Shown here in pieces: positions 19,417 to 29,515 of a DNA stretch of 64,000 nucleotides (its first letter is position 1; every line of letters starts with the position of its first letter). The position numbers were made by a program, and so were the translations under genes. Origin of the DNA: an uncultured Clostridia bacterium (GTDB lineage Bacteria > Bacillota > Clostridia > TANB77 > CAG-508); assembly GCA_963558395.1 (NCBI GenBank), contig CAUWGE010000003.1, positions 5,483 to 69,482 of the forward strand, in the 5' to 3' direction. The notes beneath the pieces are model-generated. The model searched no databases. It worked only from the letters and a program-made list of their open reading frames with translations, and had not been told where the DNA came from.

Positions 19417-20985
19417 TTATTCTTGTTTGAACCATTCATAAAAATTGCAATATACATTATAATTATTCGGCGTAAAATTTCCACCTATATTTGCATTTAA
19501 TAATAAAATATTTCTGCTTCTATATAAGCCAACATATACTGCGTCATCATTTGCTTGTTTTTGTGCATCTTTATATGTATCCAATGATTTTATTTTGTTT
19601 TTTACTTCTTGATTATTATAATTTGCTATATTCATATCACCATAAAAATATTTTAAGTCTGGATTCATTGAATTTGTTATTCCTGTTAATATCATTTGAT
19701 AATTTCTCTCATTCAAGTATTGTTGATATTTGTTATCATCTATTTCATATATGTTTACAACAATTCCTATCTCTCCAAGTTGTTTCTTTATATTTTGTGC
19801 TACATTTTTTCTTACATCATTATCTTTATTAACAGCTAAAGAAAGTGTAAGTCTTCTTACATATCCATCTATGCTTTTCTGCCATTTGTTATTTTTATAT
19901 ATCCATCCACCTTCTTCTAAAACCTTCTTTGCTTTTGCTTGGTCAAATAAAAGTTCTCCTTCTGATGAATATAAATAACTTCCATAATCTAATGGGGAAG
20001 TTGCTACATAGTAATTATTTGAAAGTACTGAGCTCACAAGTTCATTTCTATCTATTCCATAATTTATAGCCTGTCTTACTGCTTTATCTTTAAGTATTAT
20101 ATCTTCACAATTAAGGCTTAAAAAGTCATAATTTCTTCCTTTGAATTCTTTTTTATTATATCCCATAGTCCCTACATATTCTGTATAGTTTTCTTTTGAT
20201 GTATTTACTATATCTACATTTCCTAGTTTAAAACTATTATAAACTTCTCCCATTGTTGCATACTTTTTTATAGTAATCGATTTGGCTTTTGGTGTTTTTT
20301 CTTTTATGTTTCTCCATTTATCATTTCTAGTGAGCAAAATTGTATTTTCATCTATGCTTGCTATTTTATACATTCCTGTTCCAATTGGAATTTTATTAGT
20401 AGTTTCAAAATTTTCATTTGCATAATATACACTAGAGATTATTGGAAATGTTAAATTGTATTCAAAATTTGCCACTGGCTCTTTTAATGTTATATTTATA
20501 GTTTCTGCATCTGGAATATCTACATTTGAAATTTGTACTACATTTGCAGAATATACACTGTTTCTTTCCTTTAGCTTATTTATTGTAAATTCAACATCTC
20601 TTGCAATTAAATTACTTCCATCTTGCCATTTTATATTAGTATCTATTTTTATTTCATAGTTAGTATCTGATTTTTTTGTTACGGATTTTGCTAAACATAA
20701 TTCTGTTCTATAATCTGGTGTAAGATTTATTAGCGGTTCAAATATTATCTTACTAAGATTTATAACTTCTTTATTATTCGTAAGTAATGGGTTCATTGTG
20801 TCATATGCACACATTCCAATTGTAAGATTGTCCAAAACTTTTGCTGAGGTTTCTTGGACAGAATTTGTTTCTTCTTCCTGTTCTTCACTTACTTTTTTTT
20901 GTTTATATAATATAAAAACAGTTCCGATGATTAAACCAATTACAAAAACTATAAAAATATATTTAAATATGTTATTGCTTTTCAT
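19417..20985 (-). CDS. Peptide ABC transporter substrate-binding protein (family 5)
   Basis: NPLL, W.DG...TA.DV.FT-like, PIGTGMYK, VRQAINYGIDR; N-terminal TM anchor. Confidence 0.85.
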   Translation of the reverse strand: MKSNNIFKYIFIVFVIGLIIGTVFILYKQKKVSEEQEEETNSVQETSAKVLDNLTIGMCAYDTMNPLLTNNKEVINLSKIIFEPLINLTPDYRTELCLAKSVTKKSDTNYEIKIDTNIKWQDGSNLIARDVEFTINKLKERNSVYSANVVQISNVDIPDAETINITLKEPVANFEYNLTFPIISSVYYANENFETTNKIPIGTGMYKIASIDENTILLTRNDKWRNIKEKTPKAKSITIKKYATMGEVYNSFKLGNVDIVNTSKENYTEYVGTMGYNKKEFKGRNYDFLSLNCEDIILKDKAVRQAINYGIDRNELVSSVLSNNYYVATSPLDYGSYLYSSEGELLFDQAKAKKVLEEGGWIYKNNKWQKSIDGYVRRLTLSLAVNKDNDVRKNVAQNIKKQLGEIGIVVNIYEIDDNKYQQYLNERNYQMILTGITNSMNPDLKYFYGDMNIANYNNQEVKNKIKSLDTYKDAQKQANDDAVYVGLYRSRNILLLNANIGGNFTPNNYNVYCNFYEWFKQE

Positions 20986-21052
20986 TTATTTGTTCCTCAC
21001 TTATTTTTGTATACTTATAATATATTAAATTTCTGTTTTTTTCAAGGGATAT

Positions 21053-21125
21053 TAAGAACAAAAGCGGGCTTTTTTTAATTTTTTTATTATTTTAAATTTA
21101 TATCACCCGCGTCTTTGTTCGGGTG
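21053..21125 (+). repeat. Dispersed hairpin repeat, copy B
   Basis: TAAGAACAAAAGCGGGCT...ATCACCCGCGTCTTTGTTCGGGTG; inverted relative to copy A. Confidence 0.85.
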
Positions 21126-21158
21126 CCAATTTTACAAATGTAAAATTGTGTGCAATGA

Positions 21159-21263
21159 TTTTATTTAATAGGAAAACTTGATTTTTCTTTTGAAAATAAA
21201 ATTTTATTTTTACTTTGAGCTTGCAAAACTAAAAAGTTTCATAGTGTTTCCTATTAAATAAAA
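21159..21263. repeat. 105-bp element with 17-bp perfect terminal inverted repeats (MITE-like)
   Basis: TTTTATTTAATAGGAAA (21159-75) and TTTCCTATTAAATAAAA (21247-63). Confidence 0.55.
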
Positions 21264-21298
21264 AAATGGCATGAAATATATATTATCCCATGCCCCCC
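21260..21298 (-). terminator. spoVS terminator
   Basis: GGCATG...CATGCC stem followed by T-run on minus strand. Confidence 0.65.
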
Positions 21299-21319
21299 TC
21301 ATTTTATATAATTAATAGT

Positions 21320-21580
21320 CTATCTTGACTCTATTATCAATCTAATTCCTGTTCTATCTTCTCCTTCAACCTCAACTTCTGCAAATGCTGGTATGCAAAC
21401 TAAGTCTACTCCTGTTGGTGCTACAAAACCTCTAGCTATTGCTACTGCCTTAACTGCTTGATTTAATGCTCCTGCTCCAATTGCTTGCATTTCTGCCTTT
21501 CTTGTTTCTTTTACCATTCCTGCAATAGCTCCTGCTACTGAATTTGGATTTGATTTTGATGAAATTTTTAAAACTTCCAT
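21320..21580 (-). CDS. spoVS: Stage V sporulation protein S
   Basis: LKISSKSNPNSVAGAIA, AIGAGALNQAVKAVAIARG. Confidence 0.96.
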   Translation of the reverse strand: MEVLKISSKSNPNSVAGAIAGMVKETRKAEMQAIGAGALNQAVKAVAIARGFVAPTGVDLVCIPAFAEVEVEGEDRTGIRLIIESR

Positions 21581-21715
21581 TTTTTCCTCCCTTAATTTAA
21601 TTTTTGTTTGTTTTGTAATTACATATATATTTATATACCAAATTAAGGAATTTGTCTAGTAGTTTTTGGTAAATAATTCTATTTTTTGTCGACTTTTTTT
21701 GACATATTATTCCAC

Positions 21716-22480
21716 TTATATGTTTATTCTATACAATCTCTTTGTTTTTCCACTTTCTTCATCAATATCGAAAATAATTCCATTTAACATACACTCACCT
21801 TCTGCTAATTTATATCTTTCTGGTAGTGATGTGACAAATCTTTTTAATGCCACTTCTTTATCCATTCCTATAACAGCATTAGAAGGACCTGTCATTCCAA
21901 CATCTGTAATATATCCTGTTCCATTTGTTAAGATTTTTTCATCTGCTGTTTGCACATGAGTATGTGTTCCAAACATTGCTGACATCCTACCGTCTACATA
22001 ATATCCCATTGCAATTTTCTCTGCAGTTGCTTCTGCATGAAAGTCAAGTATTTTTATTTTAGCATCAACTTTAGAAAGTATATTATCAATACATGTAAAT
22101 GGGTTTTCTGAAAGAACTCCTATATCAGTTCTTCCTATTAAATTTATTACAGCTACTTTTTTGTTATCTTTTTCAATTATAGTATATCCTCTCCCAGGAA
22201 CTCCTTTTGAGTAGTTTGCTGGTCTTATAAGTCTTGGGTCATTTATAAATGAAAAAATGTCTTTTTTACCCCAAGTATGATTTCCCATTGTAAAGACATC
22301 TATATCTAACTTTTTTAATTCATTAAAAATTTTTGTAGTTAAACCCATTCCTCCTGCTGCATTTTCAGCATTAACAATTGTAAAATCTATACTCTCTGCT
22401 TCTTGCAAATTATTTAAATTCTTTTTTAGCTTTTCAACTCCATTTTCTCCAACTAAATCGCCTATGGCTAAAATTTTCAA
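21716..22480 (-). CDS. ymdB: YmdB-family metallophosphoesterase
   Basis: IGD.VG, NAENAAGG, MGNHTW, DFHAEATAEK, GTHTHV, TDVGMTG. Confidence 0.93.
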   Translation of the reverse strand: MKILAIGDLVGENGVEKLKKNLNNLQEAESIDFTIVNAENAAGGMGLTTKIFNELKKLDIDVFTMGNHTWGKKDIFSFINDPRLIRPANYSKGVPGRGYTIIEKDNKKVAVINLIGRTDIGVLSENPFTCIDNILSKVDAKIKILDFHAEATAEKIAMGYYVDGRMSAMFGTHTHVQTADEKILTNGTGYITDVGMTGPSNAVIGMDKEVALKRFVTSLPERYKLAEGECMLNGIIFDIDEESGKTKRLYRINI

Positions 22481-22660
22481 AATTATTTCCTCCTTGTATA
22501 ATTTCTTTTGCTTTATTGTATCATAAATTTATAAAAAAGTTAAGTTAAATCTAATCAAAAAATAATTAAATTTCTTACACTTAAAAGCTATTTTTTTATA
22601 CAAAAAAAGTACCAATATTAAATTAAAAACTTAATTTGGTACTTTCTTAGTATTTAGGCT

Positions 22661-24211
22661 TTATTTTGCAAAATCTACGACGCGTCTCTCTCTAATCATG
22701 TTTATTTTTATTTGACCTGGATATTCCATTTCATTTTCCACTCTTTCTGCAATTTTTCTAGCCATAATTGTCATTTCGTCATCTGAAATTTTTTCAGGTT
22801 TTACTATTATTCTAACTTCTCTACCTGCTTGAATTGCATATGATTTGTCAACTCCATCAAAAGAATCTGCGATTGATTCTAATTGTTCTAATCTTTTAAT
22901 ATATGCATCTAAAGTTTCTCTTCTTGCACCTGGCCTTGATGCTGAAATTGCATCAGCTGCTTGTACTAAGTAGGCTTCTGGTGTTTGAGGCTCTACATCT
23001 CCATGATGTGCTTCTACTGCATTTATAATTCTAAAATCTTCTTTATATTTCTTTAGAACTTCTACTCCAATTTCAACATGAGTACCTTCCATATCATGGT
23101 CTAATGCTTTTCCAATATCATGTAGTAATCCTGCTCTTCTTGCAAGTTTAGTATCTAAACCTAATTCATCTGCCATAATTCTGGCTAAATTTGAAACTTC
23201 TATTGAATGGTTCAATACATTTTGCCCATAGCTTGTCCTATATTTTAATTTTCCAAGGAGTTTAATTATATCTGGATGAAGATTTAAGACTCCTGTTTCC
23301 ATGACTGCTCTTTCTCCTTCTTCTTTTATAGTTTTAGCTACTTCTTCTTTTGCCTTTTCAACCATCTCTTCTATTTTTGCTGGATGAATTCTTCCATCAT
23401 CAATTAATTTTTCAAGTGCAATTCTTGCTACTTCTCTTCTTAATGGATCAAACCCTGATATTACTACTGCTTCTGGAGTATCGTCGATTATAAAATCTAC
23501 TCCTGTAAGAGTTTCTAGAGCTTTAATATTTCTTCCTTCTCTACCAATAATCCTTCCTTTCATATCATCATTTGGAAGAGCAACTATTGATACAGTTGAT
23601 TCTGAAGTATGGTCTGCTGCACATTTTTGAATTGCATAAGTTATTACATTTTTAGCTGTATTCTCTGACTTTTCTTTAATTTCATCTTCCATAGCTTTAA
23701 TTCTTTCTACTTTTTCTGAAATTAATTTATCATCAACCTGTGCTAATAATTGTGTTTTAGCCTCATCAATTGATAATCTTGCAATTCTTTCTAATTCATC
23801 TAATTCTGAATCTTTAAGTTTCTGTACTGCATTTTTTTCTTCTTCAATTTCACTTTCACGTTTGTCCAATTGTTTTTGTCTTTGTTCAGCAGAATAAATT
23901 TTCTTTTCTAAATTTTCTTCCTTTTGAACTAGTCTTTTTTCTTGTAACTGGATATCACTTCTTCTTTCCCTAATCTCTTCTTCGAGTTCGTTTCTACTGT
24001 TAATTATTTGCTCTTTTGCCTTAACAATTTCTTCTTTTCTCGCATTTTCTGCTTCTTTTTTTGCATTTTCCAAAATTCTATTTGCTTCATATTCTGCACT
24101 TTGAATTTTTGACTCTGCTATCTTTTTTCTTGCCATATATCCTACTAATGTAAATATTATCGCTGAGACTAGAAAAATAGTGATATAAATTGCAATTTGC
24201 ATATTATACAC
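22661..24211 (-). CDS. rny: Ribonuclease Y
   Basis: TM + coiled coil + KH ([12 protein letters not shown]) + HD (LLHDIGK). Confidence 0.97.
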   Translation of the reverse strand: MYNMQIAIYITIFLVSAIIFTLVGYMARKKIAESKIQSAEYEANRILENAKKEAENARKEEIVKAKEQIINSRNELEEEIRERRSDIQLQEKRLVQKEENLEKKIYSAEQRQKQLDKRESEIEEEKNAVQKLKDSELDELERIARLSIDEAKTQLLAQVDDKLISEKVERIKAMEDEIKEKSENTAKNVITYAIQKCAADHTSESTVSIVALPNDDMKGRIIGREGRNIKALETLTGVDFIIDDTPEAVVISGFDPLRREVARIALEKLIDDGRIHPAKIEEMVEKAKEEVAKTIKEEGERAVMETGVLNLHPDIIKLLGKLKYRTSYGQNVLNHSIEVSNLARIMADELGLDTKLARRAGLLHDIGKALDHDMEGTHVEIGVEVLKKYKEDFRIINAVEAHHGDVEPQTPEAYLVQAADAISASRPGARRETLDAYIKRLEQLESIADSFDGVDKSYAIQAGREVRIIVKPEKISDDEMTIMARKIAERVENEMEYPGQIKINMIRERRVVDFAK

Positions 24212-24381
24212 CTCTTTCTATTTAGTTTTCAATGTTCAAATATATATAATCTATAAATATATTCTTCCTTTATTATTTTATTATTATTATGTGAATATGT
24301 CAAGAGTAAATAAAAGAAAAATGCTATTACCTAGATTTGTATTTTATTCTAGATAATGGCATTTTAAATTTTATAATTATA

Positions 24382-25263
24382 CTACGCTCTTGGATGGGCT
24401 TTAGTATACACTGTTTTTATTCCTGGGTCCTGAAATTGTGCATATACTTGTGTTGATGAAATATCAGAATGTCCAAGCATAGCCTGGATAGATTTTAAAT
24501 CTGCTCCATTTTGTAATAAATGTGTTGCAAATGAATGTCTTAAAATATGAGGTGTTATATCCTTTTCAATATGTGCTTGTTCTTTATAATATTTAACTAT
24601 CTTCCAAAATCCTTGTCTTGTTAATCTTGAACCATTAACATTAACAAATAAGGCTTTATTGCTTTCATCTTTTATAAGTATTGGTCTTGCTTTATCTACA
24701 TATTCTTTTAATGCTTTTTCAGCAAGTGTACCTAGTGGTATAGTTCTTGTTTTCTTTCCATTTGAGCAAGCCACAGTATCTTCATTAAAATTTATATCAT
24801 CTATATCTAAATCAATTATTTCTGTAACTTTCATTCCCGTTGCATATGCAAACTCTAACATAGCTTTATCCCTAGTGCCCTTTAAGTCAACATCTTTTGG
24901 CTGATCTAGTAATAATTCTACCTCTTCTGATGTAAGTACACTTGGTATTCTTTTTTCGATTTTTGGAGATTGAATTGATACTGTTGGGTCAGCTTTAGCT
25001 TTTTTATTTCTCAACAAAAATTGGTAAAAAGACCTTATTGAAGCTAAACTCCTTGAAGCAGTTGAAGTTTTCTTACCCTCTTTTTGTAATTCTCTTAAAT
25101 AATCTTTGATATCATCTTCTTTAGCTTTTGCATAATTAATATCATTTTCATTTATGTAATCTCTAAATTGCATTATGTCTCTTCTATATGATTGAAGAGT
25201 ATTTTCTGACAATTTTTTATCATTTTGTAAGAATTCTAAAAAAAGTTTAATCTGTTTATCCAT
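24382..25263 (-). CDS. xerD: Tyrosine recombinase XerD/RipX
   Basis: HILRHSFATHL, LGHSDISSTQVY; spoIIM-xerD synteny; first catalytic Arg appears as Lys (TGMKVTE). Confidence 0.85.
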   Translation of the reverse strand: MDKQIKLFLEFLQNDKKLSENTLQSYRRDIMQFRDYINENDINYAKAKEDDIKDYLRELQKEGKKTSTASRSLASIRSFYQFLLRNKKAKADPTVSIQSPKIEKRIPSVLTSEEVELLLDQPKDVDLKGTRDKAMLEFAYATGMKVTEIIDLDIDDINFNEDTVACSNGKKTRTIPLGTLAEKALKEYVDKARPILIKDESNKALFVNVNGSRLTRQGFWKIVKYYKEQAHIEKDITPHILRHSFATHLLQNGADLKSIQAMLGHSDISSTQVYAQFQDPGIKTVYTKAHPRA

Positions 25264-25380
25264 TTCTGCTCCCCTATTCTTTTTATTTTATATTAATATA
25301 TTTAATTTTCATGTATATGAAAACTTTTTACTTAAACTTATTATGTTATATCAAAATATCTTGAAAAAGTAAAGGCTTTT

Positions 25381-26004
25381 TTATAAATATTTTGATATAC
25401 TTATTAACAAATTACTACTAACATATGTCTCAACTATTGATGCTAGTAAGGTTATAGCCACTATAATAATTGACATTATTGTATGTCTAATTATTTCTAA
25501 TTTTATATTTTCTTTTCCTCTATCTTTTAAAATAGAATGATATAAATTTATTCCACTTGTTGCACCTAAAAAAATAGATGGTAATAGGATTATGTTGTTT
25601 AATAACATTGCTGTTAGCGTAAAAAGCAGCGCTTTGCCTGTTCCCAAAGTAATTACTGCCGCAGATATTGTATAACCAATACAAAACCCTTTATATGCAA
25701 TAGTACCATAAACTACTGGTATACCTATTACGACCATACTCATAAACCATAATATAAAAACTATTATAAAATTATTTACAAAAGAATTTTTAAGCAATAA
25801 TAAATAATCAAGGCTTGTTCCACTTTTTAGTTTACCTATGAAATCATTTATATATGCACTAATTTCTGCTTTTTCTGAAACATCAAGTGTATTTACCATT
25901 ATAATTCCTGTTATAAGTCCAATAAAAAATAATATTACTAATATTGTGTATATCTTTATATTTCTTGCAACATGTTCTTCTATTATTTTTCTAAAGTTCT
26001 TCAT
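25381..26004 (-). CDS. spoIIM: Stage II sporulation protein M
   Basis: Multi-TM, IGIP, KGF.IGYT, VETY.S; sigE-like GAATAGAT upstream. Confidence 0.85.
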   Translation of the reverse strand: MKNFRKIIEEHVARNIKIYTILVILFFIGLITGIIMVNTLDVSEKAEISAYINDFIGKLKSGTSLDYLLLLKNSFVNNFIIVFILWFMSMVVIGIPVVYGTIAYKGFCIGYTISAAVITLGTGKALLFTLTAMLLNNIILLPSIFLGATSGINLYHSILKDRGKENIKLEIIRHTIMSIIIVAITLLASIVETYVSSNLLISISKYL

Positions 26005-26061
26005 CCTATTTCCTCCTAATACATAATATCTATTCCATAAAAGGAGAAATAGAACATAAAT

Positions 26062-27255
26062 TTATCCTATTTGAACTTTGCCGTAGACTCCACCACCACC
26101 AGCATGTATATGTAAATTTCCTCTTCTTGCTTCATCAATAATAGCTGCTTGTTTACTTCCTATAACAGCTTCTATATCGTCTTTAGAAACCTTGTGAAGT
26201 ATTGTCATTTCTGTTTTAAATGTATCTAATAATTTTTCTATTGTTTTTCCACCTACACCAGGCATGAATTGCAGTGGAATTTGATAATTATATTTTGGTC
26301 TTTCTTCAGGGCTTAAAGAATCTTGATCTTTTATAATTTCAATTCTGTCATACACCCCCATAGTTATATTAGTTCCATTACACTTGTCACAAACAGTAAC
26401 TGGTGGTGCTAGTTCTACTGATGAATTGCAATCTTCACAAAATGTTCTATTGTATTTACCAAGCTTTGGATCAAGTCCATAGTTTGCCATTATTTTTCTT
26501 CCATCTTCCATTTTTATTGCTTTCATTATTTCTCTATAATTGATATCTTTCACCAATAATTTATTATATTCTCTTGCAATTTTAGGAAGTGAATGTGCAT
26601 CTGAATTAGTTATAAAACTTTTATTACTCAATTCTTTAATTTCATCTGCAATATATGTATCTGCGCTTAATCCTAGTTCAACTGCAAAAATTTTATTGTA
26701 TTTTTCTTTAAATATTCTTTCCAATCTTTCTGTACAATTTCCATAGTAACTCTTAAAAGGAGTAAAAATATGAGCTGGAATAAGCACTCCATTATATTTT
26801 TCTACAATATCTATTAGCTCGTATCCTGAAAGATTTGTTTTTTGAGTACTTAGTGTAATATTTTTTAAATGATGTGATAATTCATTTGAAAACCCTTTTA
26901 TATCATTTAACTTAGGAAAATAACATAAATTATGTGCACATCCTTTTTTTCCATCTTCTCTTATTTCTGTTGTCTCTACTTCACTTCCAAGTATCATGCA
27001 CACTTTGTTTTTATATATAATTCCCCCGCCGTCTTCAATCTCATATGCATCACCTGTTTTGAGAAAATTTTCTATGTCTTCTATTACATATGGTGAAGCA
27101 CAGTCAATAATTCCTACTACATCTATTCCTTTTCTTTCAAAACATTCTTTGGCAATATTTGCAAAGTTTAAAGACTTTGCTGCTGTGATCTTTATTGGTT
27201 TTCCATTTTCACTTCTTCCTATATGTACATGTAAATCTGCAAATATTTCATTCAT
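26062..27255 (-). CDS. Endonuclease Q / YqxK-family PHP-domain protein
   Basis: ADLHVHIG, PAHIFTP, ELGLSAD, NSDAHS, LGKY, CxxC..CxxC, GGGGVYG. Confidence 0.9.
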   Translation of the reverse strand: MNEIFADLHVHIGRSENGKPIKITAAKSLNFANIAKECFERKGIDVVGIIDCASPYVIEDIENFLKTGDAYEIEDGGGIIYKNKVCMILGSEVETTEIREDGKKGCAHNLCYFPKLNDIKGFSNELSHHLKNITLSTQKTNLSGYELIDIVEKYNGVLIPAHIFTPFKSYYGNCTERLERIFKEKYNKIFAVELGLSADTYIADEIKELSNKSFITNSDAHSLPKIAREYNKLLVKDINYREIMKAIKMEDGRKIMANYGLDPKLGKYNRTFCEDCNSSVELAPPVTVCDKCNGTNITMGVYDRIEIIKDQDSLSPEERPKYNYQIPLQFMPGVGGKTIEKLLDTFKTEMTILHKVSKDDIEAVIGSKQAAIIDEARRGNLHIHAGGGGVYGKVQIG

Positions 27256-27271
27256 TTTTTATTCCTCGCTT

Positions 27272-27553
27272 TTATCTTTCTTCCTCAGGGGCTGTATAAA
27301 TTCTAGGAAGTTCTCCTATTGTATTTCCTATCTCCCCACGTTCACTTTGGACTTGTCTTCTTATATCCAAAACTTCATTAGCAGTTAAATATGATGGTCC
27401 TCTATCTATTTCTTCCTTTTCTCTACCTTCATATTCCATTATTGCTTTTTCGTCTTCTATATATGTTCTTTCTGCGACAGCGGCAGCGGTCCTTACATCT
27501 CTTCCAGCTAAATATCCATTAAATTCAGCCCTAGAATTATCAATTAGTCCCAT
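27272..27553 (-). CDS. Hypothetical acidic protein (93 aa)
   Basis: GAGGTG RBS inside upstream gene end; ATG 1 nt after upstream stop. Confidence 0.75.
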   Translation of the reverse strand: MGLIDNSRAEFNGYLAGRDVRTAAAVAERTYIEDEKAIMEYEGREKEEIDRGPSYLTANEVLDIRRQVQSERGEIGNTIGELPRIYTAPEEER

Positions 27554-27554
27554 A

Positions 27555-28115
27555 TTACACCTCTATTTTTTCCATATAATTTACAAATTCAACAAATTGA
27601 TGTATAAGTTTATTATCCTTACCTTTTAAATTTCTAAATTGCAATAAAACAAGAGCCTCATCGGGCTTAAATCCTATTCTTTCTGGCCTATCTAATAACA
27701 TCCCACCAAATTGATCTGTAAGTTCTAGTATATCACTTTCGATAGGTCTATTTTCAGAAATAGTATATCTGTTTACTCCTTCGCAAATTCTACAAAAATT
27801 TCTATCAAAACCTAGTTTAAATAAATATTCTGCTCCTTTTGAAGCATAATTTCTTATATCTGATAAATCTGTTGAATTTTCTTTTTTTAGACAATCACAA
27901 AGAAGCCTTGCAGTTATAATAATATTTTCATCTAAGTTCAAGTCTGGGTAATTCTTTTTTAAGTAGTCTAAAAATTGTTTAGTTATTAATGTCTTATAGA
28001 TTACTGTATTATCGTAAAAAATCCCTGTCTTTTTCTTTAAATAATACATGATTTCTAATTTTTTTCCCCAATCTTTTTCACTTAAGATATAGTTTGCAAA
28101 AGTTTCTTCTTTCAT
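27555..28115 (-). CDS. Degenerate HD/HD-GYP-like domain protein
   Basis: ARLLCDCLK ~ AALLHDIGK; YASKGAEYL; ILELTDQFGGMLLDRPER ~ IIAVADAFDAMTSDRPYR. Confidence 0.6.
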   Translation of the reverse strand: MKEETFANYILSEKDWGKKLEIMYYLKKKTGIFYDNTVIYKTLITKQFLDYLKKNYPDLNLDENIIITARLLCDCLKKENSTDLSDIRNYASKGAEYLFKLGFDRNFCRICEGVNRYTISENRPIESDILELTDQFGGMLLDRPERIGFKPDEALVLLQFRNLKGKDNKLIHQFVEFVNYMEKIEV

Positions 28116-28197
28116 ATTGTCCTCCTCTTTGGTAAATTATATTTCAATATGTATTCAATTTCAATTAGTGTAACTAAAACTTAACTTCTTTGACACA

Positions 28198-29421
28198 TTA
28201 CTGTAATATTAAGCCTTTTGTATAATCCAATCCTGCTTTAGAATTGTTTTTATATCCTAAAGTATATATGTCTGTTGCTCTTTTATCTAACTCTAAAAAT
28301 TTTGTTATTTTTTTATTTTTGTTATTATCTTCAAACTTTTTTAATGATGTTATTACTTTTGCCTTTTTATTTATTTGTGAAAGTAGTATTTTACCATTGT
28401 TTGAGCATCCCAATACTCTTACATATGGAATCATTTTTTTTGAAAGCTCCATATCTTTTTTAGTTATTCCCAAAAGTGCATAAAGTAGTATCCTTTGAAT
28501 TCTAGTTTGTGTATATCTTTTAGATTTTATACCATTTATTAGTGTTATTAAATTATTTGTCTTATTTGCCATATCTTTTATTAAATTTTCTAATCCCTCT
28601 GTAACATCAGGTAAATTTGCAATTTCTTTTAAAGACATATTTCTTAATTTATAAATTATTTCATAATTATATGATGTAATATCTAATGCATAAGTTCCTG
28701 CTCTTAAATTATTCATCAAAATAGAAAAAGTAAAAGGTGGAACTACTTTTCTTACTTCTTCTATTTGATTTCTAAGCAATAAATTTCTTATGCCTGTTGC
28801 CGATGCATATTCATCTATTATTTTAGTACTATTATAGTAAACCTTTTCCCTTCTTATTCCCATTGGAATTAGTGGACTTTTTTGTTCTTTTAAAGCTTTT
28901 AAATATTCTATTGCTAAAATATTATTTGATCCATTTAGTACATTTGCATATCTTTTAATATCATTTAAATACATCATGAGAGCATTGTCCCTTGCTTTTG
29001 GAAAAGATGCTCCATTTTGAAGTTCATGTTTTAATACTGCCAAATATTCTGGTGGCTCGTTAAATAAAACATTTGCAATGTTATTTAGTGTAGAAATATC
29101 TTTTGCTTCCATTCCAAATGAAATTGTATCTACGAAACCTAATGTATCTAGTAATTTTACTGCCCCATTTGCAAAATTTTCCGCACTTGAGATAGCATAA
29201 ATTGTAGGAAGCTCTATAACTAAATCTGCACCTCCCATAATTGCCATTTTAGTTTTTTCCCATTTATTTACTACCGATGTATTTCCTCTTTGAGTAAAAT
29301 TTCCTGTCATAATTGCCACTACAAAATCAGCACCAGTTTGTTCCTTGGTGTTTTGTATATGGTATATGTGTCCATTATGAAATGGGTTATATTCAGCAAT
29401 AATTCCTACAATTCTACTCAA
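28198..29421 (-). CDS. tmcAL: tRNA(Met) cytidine acetate ligase (YlbM-family nucleotidyltransferase)
   Basis: GIIAEYNPFHNGH, GNFTQRG, SNNILAIEY, SATGIR, KSKRYTQTRIQR; TTG start. Confidence 0.88.
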   Translation of the reverse strand: MSRIVGIIAEYNPFHNGHIYHIQNTKEQTGADFVVAIMTGNFTQRGNTSVVNKWEKTKMAIMGGADLVIELPTIYAISSAENFANGAVKLLDTLGFVDTISFGMEAKDISTLNNIANVLFNEPPEYLAVLKHELQNGASFPKARDNALMMYLNDIKRYANVLNGSNNILAIEYLKALKEQKSPLIPMGIRREKVYYNSTKIIDEYASATGIRNLLLRNQIEEVRKVVPPFTFSILMNNLRAGTYALDITSYNYEIIYKLRNMSLKEIANLPDVTEGLENLIKDMANKTNNLITLINGIKSKRYTQTRIQRILLYALLGITKKDMELSKKMIPYVRVLGCSNNGKILLSQINKKAKVITSLKKFEDNNKNKKITKFLELDKRATDIYTLGYKNNSKAGLDYTKGLILQ

Positions 29422-29515
29422 TTTTATGCCTCCACTTGAATGATTTTTATTTTACTGATATAATATCATAAAGTTAAAATTTTAGCAATAAATAATAGCG
29501 AGAAAGGATAAATTT

